A stretch of DNA of 31,925 bases from Paraspadella gotoi (GCA_051294375.1 CM119268.1:19979611-20011535), one strand, 5' to 3'; shown: positions 1 through 10,640, counted from the first letter of the stretch. Notes: generated by a model from the letters alone, not told the origin. A program made the numbers and translations.

Positions 1-809
1 CCAAACACCAAATACAAATATTTTTAGCTATTATTTTTTTTTATAAATTCTTTTATCCTTTCATTTAAAAATATTTGGGCTAAAATTAATTGAATTTCAA
101 TGTTGCAGCAAATTAAAGTTTTATATTGATAAAGATTTTGTTTAAAAATTAATACCAAAAAAATATCTTATTTTGTTATTTTTTTAATTTTATATAAAAA
201 TTTGCAAAATTACTTGTTTCATTATCTTATATTTTTATATTTTATAAATGTTTTACTATTTAAACTATATTATTTAATTATATATATTATTACTTTTAAA
301 AATATTATTTGCTTATTATATTTAATAACTCATTTTGGGAGGGGAGGTCAGTGTTGTTTCTGGAAATAGAGGGAACATCTATACAACACAAGGTTAGATT
401 ACAATAGAATACAATTAGACTACAATATTTAATTTAACATCATTTGGCTTTAAATTATTAAACATAACCTTTCCCTTTTAAATCTTAGCAAATTAGATCA
501 TAAGTTTATCAGTTATATCACATTTTATATTAAATGTATATGCAGGATGTATTAATAAATACTTAATCAGTTAATTAATCAATTAGTCAATTAATTAATC
601 AATAATTCATTAATCAGCTAGATATAAAGTTTTGACGGAATTGTGCCAGTGGAAATGAGTTTAAATGGAAAAAACATAAGTCACATTTACTTGAATCTTT
701 ATGATTTATGATTACTAATAAATGTTTTAATTAATTAATTAATTAATGTGAAAAAATGATGCAAGTTAAAAAAATCTTAAAAGCATAAGGATCGTCGCAA
801 TTGCATAAT

Positions 810-850
<41 letters not shown>

Positions 851-1173
851 GAGAGAGAGAGAGGGAAATAAAAAATTAAAATTTGATGTTGCAATAGCAA
901 AATGATAACATGCACGAATGCGAATTGCTTTAGATTTTTTTAATTGCATCATTTTTCAATTTGCATCATTTTTTCAACTTATCATCATTCTTTCAACTTA
1001 TCAATTATTTAATTATATTTTTTCAACTTGCATCATTTTTCTACTAGCATAATTTTTTAAATTGGCATCATTTTTTCTCATTAATTAATTAATTAATTAA
1101 TTAATTAATTAAAAACATTTGATAGTAATCATTAATTCATTTAAACTCATTTCCACTTGACCACAATTCCGTC

Positions 1174-2170
1174 NNNNNNNNNNNNNNNNNNNNNNNNNNN
1201 NNNNNNNNNNNNNNNNNNNNNNNNNNNNNNNNNNNNNNNNNNNNNNNNNNNNNNNNNNNNNNNNNNNNNNNNNNNNNNNNNNNNNNNNNNNNNNNNNNNN
1301 NNNNNNNNNNNNNNNNNNNNNNNNNNNNNNNNNNNNNNNNNNNNNNNNNNNNNNNNNNNNNNNNNNNNNNNNNNNNNNNNNNNNNNNNNNNNNNNNNNNN
1401 NNNNNNNNNNNNNNNNNNNNNNNNNNNNNNNNNNNNNNNNNNNNNNNNNNNNNNNNNNNNNNNNNNNNNNNNNNNNNNNNNNNNNNNNNNNNNNNNNNNN
1501 NNNNNNNNNNNNNNNNNNNNNNNNNNNNNNNNNNNNNNNNNNNNNNNNNNNNNNNNNNNNNNNNNNNNNNNNNNNNNNNNNNNNNNNNNNNNNNNNNNNN
1601 NNNNNNNNNNNNNNNNNNNNNNNNNNNNNNNNNNNNNNNNNNNNNNNNNNNNNNNNNNNNNNNNNNNNNNNNNNNNNNNNNNNNNNNNNNNNNNNNNNNN
1701 NNNNNNNNNNNNNNNNNNNNNNNNNNNNNNNNNNNNNNNNNNNNNNNNNNNNNNNNNNNNNNNNNNNNNNNNNNNNNNNNNNNNNNNNNNNNNNNNNNNN
1801 NNNNNNNNNNNNNNNNNNNNNNNNNNNNNNNNNNNNNNNNNNNNNNNNNNNNNNNNNNNNNNNNNNNNNNNNNNNNNNNNNNNNNNNNNNNNNNNNNNNN
1901 NNNNNNNNNNNNNNNNNNNNNNNNNNNNNNNNNNNNNNNNNNNNNNNNNNNNNNNNNNNNNNNNNNNNNNNNNNNNNNNNNNNNNNNNNNNNNNNNNNNN
2001 NNNNNNNNNNNNNNNNNNNNNNNNNNNNNNNNNNNNNNNNNNNNNNNNNNNNNNNNNNNNNNNNNNNNNNNNNNNNNNNNNNNNNNNNNNNNNNNNNNNN
2101 NNNNNNNNNNNNNNNNNNNNNNNNNNNNNNNNNNNNNNNNNNNNNNNNNNNNNNNNNNNNNNNNNNNNNN
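1174..2170. other. Assembly gap (N run)
   Basis: Run of Ns; ORFs spanning it are artefacts. Confidence 0.99.
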
Positions 2171-3894
2171 CGTCGCAATTGCATAAAAAAGAGAGAGAGA
2201 GAGAAAGAGAGAGAGAGAAAGAGACATAAAATAAAATAAAATTAATTAATTAATTAATTAAAATTAATTAATTAATGAATTAATAATTAATAATTAATTA
2301 ATAATTAATTAATTAAAAAATAATTAATTAATAAATTATTAATAATTATTTATTATAATTAATTAATAAATAATTAATTAATTAATATAATTAGGCGAGC
2401 AGATGACGACAGTAGGTTTGCTAAATGACAATGAGCAACACTTTAACATATAATAATTAAATTTATATAATTAGTATTTATAATTAATTATAGGTTTTAT
2501 ATTATTTCGGCTTCAGTTATTTTCTGTCTTTTTCCCTCTTATTTTTTACTTAAGTTGTCCCCACGCGTTCGGCCAAATTATTTACTAGTTATTTCGTCGG
2601 TCTTTTGTCATTCTTTTGTCGACCTCCGAGTTGTAATTTGGCGAGACACTATGATCGATTCGTAAGTTATTATTGGGATACAAAACATCGCAGGAGACTC
2701 AACCTCACCAAAAGAGAAATCAAATATAATCCAGAACCGAAATCAAAACAGGATCGGAGGATCGGAGAAAATCCGCAGATTTCGGATTATTGGATCGTGA
2801 TTGGTTGAGGAGAGAATGGCATCGACCAATCCGCTTGCAGAAACAATACAATTGTAAAAATACCCCTTGTCTTTGATCCTCTTCTCTTGATATAAATAGA
2901 CCTAGCTTTCCTTAGTTTCGGTAGAATTGATCTGGACTCTTGCGTGTGTTATTGTTATTATTCTCAGAATAAATCACGTTCGATTTCGTCTTAGAAATCC
3001 ATGAGTTTTTCCTTCAATGTTTTTAAAAAAATAGTTGGAACCCGCCGTAAATGCAAAGGAATATTCTAAAAAAAAATTTGAAATCGCTAAAACAGAAAAA
3101 TATATAATTAAACAGTATGCACTTTTTTAAAGTCATGAAATTTTTTTTTCCGGGTAAATTCTATTTTTTGGCGAAAAATTACTCAATGAAAAATAAATTA
3201 GTGCAATTGTCTGAGTCTTTTCCTATGATCAGGTTTCATGCTTCAGACATTCATTTCTCTCTCTTTTTCTCTCTCTTTCTCTCTCTTTCTCTAACTTATA
3301 TAAGTTTGATAAAAACCGCTGTGGTCGCTGCGAGAGAGAGCGAGACAGAGAGAGAGAGAGAAAGAGAATAATAATAATAATAATAGAAAAAGATGACCAG
3401 GAATGGCAGGAGGGGAGTGAGTGAGAGAGAGGTTTGTAGGTTGAAGGTTGGCTGACTAAAATCCACAGTTACTCCTTTATTCTAGAGGTTTTCTTTTTTT
3501 AAACTAAAAAAAAAAAAAAATTCATCTTACTAACGGACTTAAAATCCTAATTCGATGATAGTGCGGGACTCATGACTTTCAAAACGTAGCATCGACCGTC
3601 CTGAACTTGTGTTTTACAGGATTTTTATGGACATTTTGATATAAAATACAAGTTTCTATATCTTCATCTCTACTTTTTATTCATCATTTACTTCAGATTT
3701 AGAAATAGTTTGAAATTTATAACTTCAACGAATTTGTTATCGTCGCAATCGCTTAGCGTTTGCGACGATATTGTAACACTTTTGCGCATAAGTGGCGTAG
3801 TCGTCGTCGTCGTTGTCGGCGTTCCAAATTATAGATCGCCTTTTTTATGATTAAATTTGGGTGTATGAAGCTGAAAATTTATATACATCATCGA

Positions 3895-4940
3895 TGTGCT
3901 CATCTGCGACATCTCCGGCTCCCGGGCACGCCTACTCGTTCCGGCATCGTTGCGCCGACGCGTTTTCGACGCCACCCATGGAATCGCTCACCCGGAAGTT
4001 CGTGTATCCAAAAAATTCGTAACGACTCGCTGCGTGTGGCCATAAGTCTCTTCCGACGTCGCGCGTTGGGCGGCGTCGTCCGACACTTGTGCATGTGCGC
4101 GAAACTTTTGGACAGTGGTTCAAATTTTTGGAGAAGCGCGCGGACGTAGCGCTGCATCTTGGCGCGCTTCTCCAAAAATTTGAACCACTGTACAAAAGTT
4201 TCGCGCACATGCACATCGATCTGGTTGACCCGCTGCCAGCCGTTTCCGGCCACACGCATCTCTTAACGATGATCGACCACTTTACACGCTGGCCGGAGGC
4301 GGCGCCGCTCCGCGTCGCCTACGTCGCCGCCGCCTTCCTGCAAAACTGGGTCTCGCGATTTGGCGTCCCTTCAGTCGTTACCACCGATCGCGGCGCCCAA
4401 TTCACGTCCGAACTGTGGCGCCAAGTGGCCGCAGTCGTTGGATTTTATTAGATTGAAGCTGGCCGTCACTGACGAGCTCGCACCACCCGACCCACCTCCG
4501 GCACGCCCACGCGGTCATCCCCGTCTCTGGAAATGGAAGCGGCGCCACTCGCGTCTTCCACGACGCCGCACGTTGCTCGACGTCAATCCTTTTCAATTCC
4601 CGGCCTTTTGAACGTTCTTCCGACGATGCTGCAGCCGCCGGAAGATGACGACGAAAGCGACGACCCGACAAACCGGAGACTTTCTCAAGCCTTCTTCCCG
4701 CCCGGTCAAAGCCTTTGTGGGGGGGATGTGTGGACGAACAGCAACAATACGCAACCTCGGTCAAACTATTGACCTTACCAAACTTACTCTCGATCGCTTT
4801 CTCTCACTCTTTTTATGGCCAAACGTTGACCTTGTAAATACCATTGTAATAGACTTAGCATTTGAGCATTTTCATTGTTATTGTTTATAACCTTGTTGAA
4901 GAATAAAATCATTCATGATCTGAAACTTGTTGCGTCCACA
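3895..4940 (+). mobile_element. 5'-truncated, internally deleted relic of a Gypsy element related to 25693-30746 (integrase fragment, PPT, 3' LTR)
   Basis: Aligns to ~29205-29718 (..DATHGIAHP..; HIDLVDPLP..DHFTRWPEA..TTDRGAQFTS), then jumps to ~30236. PPT GTGGGGGGGATG precedes an LTR at 4729-4940 (TGTGGACG...CGTCCACA) that is a diverged version of the full element's LTR. Confidence 0.92.
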
Positions 4941-5515
4941 AAACTTTATTTTTCTCTCTAGATACTATTTCATTTTATTTTCTTTGAGTGGATGCCAGAG
5001 GCGGAGGGAACCTTCCGTCCGTCCGTCCGTCCGTCCGTCCGTCCCACCTTTGCAAAAAACACCAATTACTCGCAATTGGATGGATGGATTTAATGAAATT
5101 TTGTGTGTGGGTAGGGAAGTGTGTGATTGAGCTGGATATAAAGTTTCGATGGAATCGTCCGAGTGGAATTGAGTTTAAATGGAAAAAACAAAAAAATTAT
5201 AATTCACTATTTGAACACCAATTTCTCATGAGTGGATGGGGCGATTGACCTGGAATTTTGTATGTGAGTAGGAAAGTGTGTGATTGAACAGGAAACCAAG
5301 TTTCGATGGAATCGTTTGAGTGGAAATGAGTTTAAATGGATAAAAACAAAAAACCTCTTTCACTAATTGATTATGATTTTTTTACCTTTTATATTATATT
5401 GTAGTGGTAGTATTTCATACCCCACTACTCGTCCGAGAATCAACAGCACCTATGGCGCCGGAGGTAGCACGAGCTCCTCCCAACCCAAAGGACTCGGGTT
5501 CGCGCCCTGCTGATT

Positions 5516-5597
5516 CGCACAAGTAAAAGCGGGACGGGGCGTCTAACCCACCTGTAGTGTGGACTACAGCCCGATCTGAAGTTCGGGACCTTGTGTG
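5516..5597 (+). ncRNA. Twister ribozyme (P5-type permutation), family A 5' LTR
   Basis: P5 CGCACAAG/CTTGTGTG; GA-CGG; P1 GGCGTC; T^AA (5544/5545); CCC-AC; P3 CTGTAG/CTACAG; P4 CCCGA/TCGGG; L4 T-CTG-AAGT. T1 is CGG:CTG (one G-U) and T2 is AC:GT. Confidence 0.75.
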
Positions 5598-5940
5598 CAA
5601 CGGACGGTAAACTGCTCGCGGCATCGTCTTCCACATTGGTGAGCCACACGAAACACGCTGGCACGTTAATACACCTCTGCCCGGGCATGTTAACACACCT
5701 CTGCCCTCGACCATCGTGTGTGAAGACGGGAGCAGGAATAGGCAGCCCCTCCTAGAGTGCTCGGGCACAACGCGTGCATCATAGCCATCACACTTGCGCG
5801 GGTGTGTGATGCCTAGGGGGGATGTGTAGTGGTAGTATTTCATACCCCACTACTCGTCCGAGAATCAGCAGCACCTATGGCGCCGGAGGTAGCACGAGCT
5901 CCTCCCAACCCAAAGGACTCGGGTTCGCGCCCTGCTGATT

Positions 5941-6023
5941 CACACAAGTAAAAGCGGGACGGGGCGTCTAACCCACCTGTAGTGTCGGACTACAGCCCGA
6001 TCCGAAGTTCGGGACCTTGTGTG
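5941..6023 (+). ncRNA. Twister ribozyme (P5-type), family A 3' LTR
   Basis: P5 CACACAAG/CTTGTGTG; L4 T-CCG-AAGT pairs perfectly with GA-CGG (T1) and with AC (T2). Predicted cleavage T5969^A5970. Confidence 0.8.
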
Positions 6024-6810
6024 CAACGGACGGTAAACTGCTCGCGGCATCGTCTTCCACAATATGTATATGCAGGATGTATTAATGAATCAAATAATTA
6101 ATCAGTTAATTAATCAATTAGTCAACAAATTAATCACTAATTAATTAATCAGTCAATCAATCCGTCCATCCGTCCCACCTTAGCAAAAAGCCCCAATAAC
6201 TCGTGATTGGCTGGTTGGATCGGAATGAAATTTTGTGTATGGGTAGGAACATGTGTGATGAAGCTGGATATAAAGTTTCGACGGAATCGTGTGAGTGGAT
6301 ATGAGTTTAAATGGAAAAAAGATAAGTCGCATTTACTAAAATATTTTTACTTATTTTGACCAATAAATACTTGTGTGTGGGTAGGAAAATGTGTGACGAA
6401 GCTTGATATAAAGTTTCGGTACGAGTGGAAATGAGTTTAAATGAAAAAAATATGAGTCACATTTACTTGAATCTTTTTACTTATTTTAACCCATAATAGA
6501 TTGAGATGAAATTTTGTGAGCGGGAAGAAAAGTTTGTTAAGAAGCTAGATATAAAGTTTTGACGGAATTGTGCCAGTGGAAATGAGTTTAAATGGAAAAA
6601 ATATAAGTCACATTTACTTTAGTTTAAGGATATCGTTGATGAAAATCTGTATATAAATTATAATTAATTATTAAATATTAAAATTAATTAATTAATTGAT
6701 TAATTAATTAATTTCCGACATTGTTTGCTCAAACTTGTTTATATATATATATTATATATATTATATTATATACTATATTATATATTATTTTATATATATT
6801 ATATCTATAT

Positions 6811-6841
6811 TGAGGTAGCGTGTTCTTGATGTTCGTCCACA
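6811..6841 (-). mobile_element. 31-bp fragment of a Gypsy LTR 5' end
   Basis: Reverse complement TGTGGACGAACATCAAGAACACGCTACCTCA resembles the LTR start TGTGGACGAACAACTACAACACGCAACCTCG. Confidence 0.65.
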
Positions 6842-6931
6842 ATATATAATTTTTCAATTGTACAAATTATTCAATTAATAATTGTGGTATTTTCCTTTCG
6901 TTTTCGTTGTTTTTCTTTTTGGTTTTTTTTA

Positions 6932-7078
6932 AATTCGCGACAAAGTAAAAGAGTTATTTTTATTTTAATATAACAACGATACTTTTGATTATTCGACTTA
7001 ATTCTCGAAACGTCCGAATTATCAAAAATATCGTTGTTATTATAAAATAAAAATAACTATTTTACTTTGTCGCAAATT
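6932..7078. repeat. Imperfect ~60-bp-arm inverted repeat (MITE-like hairpin)
   Basis: GCGACAAAGTAAAA...TAACAACGATA pairs with TATCGTTGTTA...TTTTACTTTGTCGC. Confidence 0.8.
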
Positions 7079-7423
7079 AATAATTCTGTAGAAGACGAAA
7101 ATAGTAATAATAAAAGTGAGGAGAAGAGTGACGATGTAAGAGAAGTAGAAAAGAAGTGAGACGAGCTCTCTCCTGATCCACTTTTATCATCGCCCGTACC
7201 AATTTGACCTTACGGTCGCCTCGGCCCTATTATTGTGTCCGGTCAATCTAAGGTCATTGCCAAAGCTAGGGCAAAGTGACCGTGTGGAATAGACCGACTC
7301 GGAGAAAGAGGAGAGAGGAAGGGTTTAGAGAGAGAGACCGGTGGTAAGTCGCCTCAATTCAAAAGAATTCTCAAGGCCTTATAATTCGTAGATTCCTTCC
7401 AATTCTGGTTCTTACCCCTTAAG

Positions 7424-7607
7424 GTTCTAAACTCTCAGGCCTACGCCTTCTATGCTTCTCTCGCCGCCTGCATACCAAATCTTCGCCTGACGACCCGACG
7501 CTTCAACATCGTCTACGCGTCAGTGCTGCGCCTGTCGGCCGATCTGGAGTGTCTCAAGACGGTCGCAGAGTCTGGAGTCCAATGGAAATACGTCATTAAC
7601 TTTGCCG
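7424..7607 (+). CDS. GT14 core-2/I-branching beta-1,6-N-acetylglucosaminyltransferase (GCNT-like), first visible exon
   Basis: AG|VLNSQAYAFYASLAACIPNLRLTTRRFNIVYASVLRLSADLECLKTVAESGVQWKYVINFA-G|GT matches the GT14 motif YA..R..ADL.C...WKY.IN..G. An in-frame alternative acceptor exists at 7439. Upstream exons were not found. Confidence 0.88.
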
Positions 7608-7757
7608 GTGAATTATACCAATATAAGCAACATTCTGTGGCGGTATATTCACACCGCCTCACGTCCACCATCCGTCAGCCAAATCCATTGGCTCAGAGGG
7701 GGAACACACCATCCCAGGCGTAGTGTTCCATCCACAGTTCTAATGACTTCCCTCTGC

Positions 7758-7838
7758 GTTGGCAAAGCGAGACCGTCCTAGGGTAACCGCGCCAGTGACT
7801 GGAGGCGTCACTGAGGGTCGGAAGCCCCCAAAGCCAAC
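7758..7838 (+). ncRNA. Twister ribozyme (P5-type), family B 5' LTR
   Basis: P5 GTTGGC/GCCAAC; AAA-GCGA-GA-CCG; P1 TCCTAGGG; T^AA (7784/7785); CCGC-GC; P3 CAGTGAC/GTCACTG; P4 GGG/CCC; L4 T-CGG-AAGC. T1 is CCG:CGG and T2 is GC:GC. Confidence 0.82.
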
Positions 7839-8243
7839 AGTGAGATGCCCCATCCCAATGGGCATCACAGGCAACCCGGCTGTTGCCATAAGTGGTGAGC
7901 CCTACTATCGAACACGCAACCTTCTCAGGGTACGCTGCGACAAACGCCTATGCCCTGCCGACTTCGGTACGCTACGACAAACGCCTATGCCCCTGGGGTA
8001 CGCTACGACAAACGCCTATGCCCCCACAACTCGCGCTCTCTCTCTCTCCCACTATGGTAACAGTCTTGTCAGACACCTCTCAGGCTTGAGGAACCTGAGT
8101 GATGTCTTGGCCCAGGGATCCTGTGGCGGTATATTCACACCGCCTCACGTCCACCATCCGTCAGCCAAATCCATTGGCTCAGAGGGGGAACACACCATCC
8201 CAGGCGTAGTGTTCCATCCACAGTTCTAATGACTTCCCTGTGC

Positions 8244-8324
8244 GTTGGCAAAGCGAGACCGTCCTAGGGTAACCGCGCCAGTGACTGGAGGCGTCACTGA
8301 GGGTCGGAAGCCCCCAAAGCCAAC
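8244..8324 (+). ncRNA. Twister ribozyme (P5-type), family B 3' LTR
   Basis: Identical to 7758-7838. Predicted cleavage T8270^A8271. Confidence 0.82.
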
Positions 8325-8589
8325 AGTGAGATGCCCCATCCCAATGGGCATCACAGGCAACCCGGCTGTTGCCATAATTCTATCATTCCATCGGGAAACA
8401 ATACTGTCATCTCTATTAGTAATACGACTGCGGTAAATTATTTAACTTATTTCTAATCGTTTATAGTGAGGAAGGAACGGGTGACCAAAATCCCTTTAAT
8501 TCGTTTTCCTTTAACCCGATCACCTCCACGGTCCCCGACAGAAACACTACGTCAATATCAACATCATTATCCCTCTCCCTTCCCGTCAG

Positions 8590-8741
8590 GTTCTGAGTTT
8601 CCCCTGAGGACAAACTCGGAGATGATCCGAATTCTCCGTCGATACGAAGGACGAAACGACGTGGAAGGCTTCGTCGCCGATCACCTCGTCGGAAGGTGGA
8701 ACCAAATCTGGAGGATCGAGGAAGCCACCGGGATGATCAAG
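8590..8741 (+). CDS. GCNT-like exon
   Basis: CAG|(G)SEFPLRTNSEMIRILRRYEGRNDVEGFVADHLVGRWNQIWRIEEATGMIK|GT; GT14 G.(D/E)FP..TN motif; phases match the neighbouring exons. Confidence 0.88.
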
Positions 8742-8928
8742 GTGATGACGATGACTAGATGGTGATTATGATTAATATGATAAAACAATCGTGATCATAA
8801 TGGTTATCATAAAGGTTATGAGTATGATTACGATAATCGGATGGTAAGGATGTGTGATTGTGTATAATAAGGACGATAATTCTGATGAGTAAATAAAAAA
8901 AAAGATTATTTTTGGAGACTATATCTAA

Positions 8929-9528
8929 TAGAGTGATGTGAAAATGATAAAATTTTAGAAAATTAAAATTTAGCATATAAAACATAAACATAAAAACCAT
9001 TAAAAATACTTTGGTAAATTTATTTTTTAATTTTATACATTAATGGGCACCAGTGAGCTATATTTATATATAGTAATAAGTATATAATAGGCTAAAATTT
9101 TAAAATTTTAAGATCGGATTTGGATTCCTTGCAAAAAGTTGATAGAAGAAAGTATAATTCTTTTTTAAAAATTATTTTATTAAGTTAGTCAAAAATGTAA
9201 AAAACTATATTTAAGACACCGATTTTCATTTTCCAGCTTAAAAATATAGTTTTTTGTAATTTTAACCTTCTTAAGGACATAATTGTTGAAAAAGATTTAT
9301 ATTTTCTTTTATCAACTTTTAACGAGGAATCTGAATCTGTTCTCAGAATAAAAAAAAAAACATTTTGAAATTTTGACATTATATAAGGGTAGTACTATAT
9401 ACAAAATAAGCTGACTGGGCTACTACATTTGTTAAAAAAGAAAAAAAACTTCAGATTAGTATTCACTAATATGATAGTTTTCAAGATATAATTGCTAAAT
9501 TTCAATTCCAAACTTTCACTTCACCCTA
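8929..9528. mobile_element. hAT-type MITE, diverged relative of the 610-bp family
   Basis: TIRs TAGAGTGATGTGAAA / TTTCACTTCACCCTA; 8-bp TSD ATATCTAA; internal similarity to 10719-11328. Confidence 0.82.
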
Positions 9529-10067
9529 ATATCTAATGTTAAATTTTAATTTAATTTAATTTACTTTTAATTTAATTTTTAATTTTATCTAATTTTAAAT
9601 TGTAAATATTATTGTAATAATTGTCCTTTCTTTTCGTTGCGTTTGTTAATTTTAGGAAGAATAGTTTTTTATATTACAAACAACGATTTTTATTTCTTTT
9701 CAACATAAATTTCTCTATAACATTGAGTTAGAGAGAGAAAGAAAGAGAGAGAGAGAAAGCTTCCAACACAGTGAGAAAAGGTCAGATTTTGAGGACAGGT
9801 TAAGGTAAGGAGAGGGAATAAGAAAAAAATGGTTGAATTTTGAAAGGAATTTTGAAGGAGATTGAGATAGAGAGAGAGAAAATAATTACATTTGGCAATG
9901 TACAAGAATGATAAAGTAAATAAATAAATAAATAAGCAAACTTAATATTTAAACTAGTATAGTTAACAAAGTTTGTTAATTAAGAATGAAATGTAAAAAG
10001 AAGAATAAGTGGTGAAGGATAGTTAAGTTTTAGAGATAGTGGAAAAAAGGAATCTCCACATCATTGA

Positions 10068-10597
10068 CAGCCCGCGGCCGTCTATTGGGCGGCCTGTGCA
10101 GGCAATGGCAACCAAACCTGCTCAGCAGCATACTTTGGCGAGATCGGGAAATCTCTCTCAGATTGGTTCAAACAGCACATAAAGCCATATTGTGACGCCC
10201 AAGGTCTATTGGCTATTGCCGAGCATTCCGCATCTTCTGGCCATCTGTTTAGAGAGTCCGACTGTCTCGTGCTGTCCCATGACCAAAAATGATTTCCATC
10301 AAAGCCCTCGAGCCCTCTCTGAACCGTGATGGAGGACGATTCGACCTTCCTCCAAGCTATGATTCACTCATCAGAATGGAGGTGGAACGCCCAGCGCCAC
10401 CCCAACCGCACGGTGATTCCACTGTCCCCACTCAATGGGTCAGGCGGAGGCCTCTTAGCAAGCAATGGATGCCCGATGCCTCTCCCAAGCCTACAGCAAC
10501 TTGGTGTGACTCTCCTCGCGCTGAGCATCGTCCAAAACGATGGCTGCAGGAGGAGGGAGAGGAGTCTGTATCCCCTGCACCAAAGCAGGCCAGAACA

Positions 10598-10600
<3 letters not shown>
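10068..10600 (+). mobile_element. Penelope-like element 3' fragment (degenerate GIY-YIG endonuclease)
   Basis: Frame from 10077 reads AVYWAACAGNGNQTCSAAYFGEIGKSLSDWFKQH...AIAEHSASSGHLF...; after a stop/deletion it reads SIKALEPSLNRDGGRFDLPPSYDSLI. This is the typical PLE endonuclease C-terminus. Confidence 0.85.
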
Positions 10601-10634
<34 letters not shown>

Positions 10635-10640
10635 AACTCA

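Larger units (their letters stand above)
5400..6061 (+). mobile_element. Non-autonomous miniature LTR element (TRIM/retrozyme-like), family A
   Basis: LTRs at 5400-5635 and 5825-6061 (TG...CA; 3 substitutions + 1 indel). TSD ATAT at 5396-5399 and 6062-6065. PBS TGGTGAGCC at 5637. PPT AGGGGGGATG directly before the 3' LTR. 189-bp non-coding internal region. Confidence 0.93.
4985..6620 (+). repeat. Helentron/DINE-1(HINE)-like interspersed repeat with internal tandem subrepeats, interrupted by the LTR element at 5400-6061
   Basis: (GTCC)n microsatellite at ~5015-5044, followed by recurring ATGAAATTTTGTG...GAGTGGAAATGAGTTTAAATGGAAAAA blocks. The same blocks occur at ~530-720 and, inverted, at ~1110-1173. 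Family assignment is by resemblance only. Confidence 0.5.
7636..8376 (+). mobile_element. Non-autonomous miniature LTR element (TRIM/retrozyme-like), family B, intronic
   Basis: 255-bp LTRs at 7636-7890 and 8122-8376 with one mismatch. TSD ATTC at 7632-7635 and 8377-8380. PBS TGGTGAGCCC at 7893. Weak PPT AGGGATCC. The 231-bp internal region contains 3x GGTACGCTRCGACAAACGCCTATGCCC. Confidence 0.93.

Noticed and set aside
1109-2239. ORFs of 345-372 aa
   Set aside because: They consist almost entirely of the N gap.
2600-2860. Possible upstream GCNT exon
   Set aside because: No GT14 motif (e.g. YCxHxD) or clear signal anchor in the plus-strand frames.
5447-5518. tRNA gene or tRNA-derived Pol III promoter in the family A LTR (TGGCGCCGGAGG...GGTTCGCGCCC)
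   Set aside because: Acceptor and anticodon stems do not pair, and the B-box-like motif is not kept in family C. It is treated as an unassigned structured domain instead.
5415-8436. ORFs of 142 aa and 156 aa inside the mini-elements
   Set aside because: No recognisable domains, they run across LTR boundaries, and they are not shared between families; likely by-products of GC-rich sequence.
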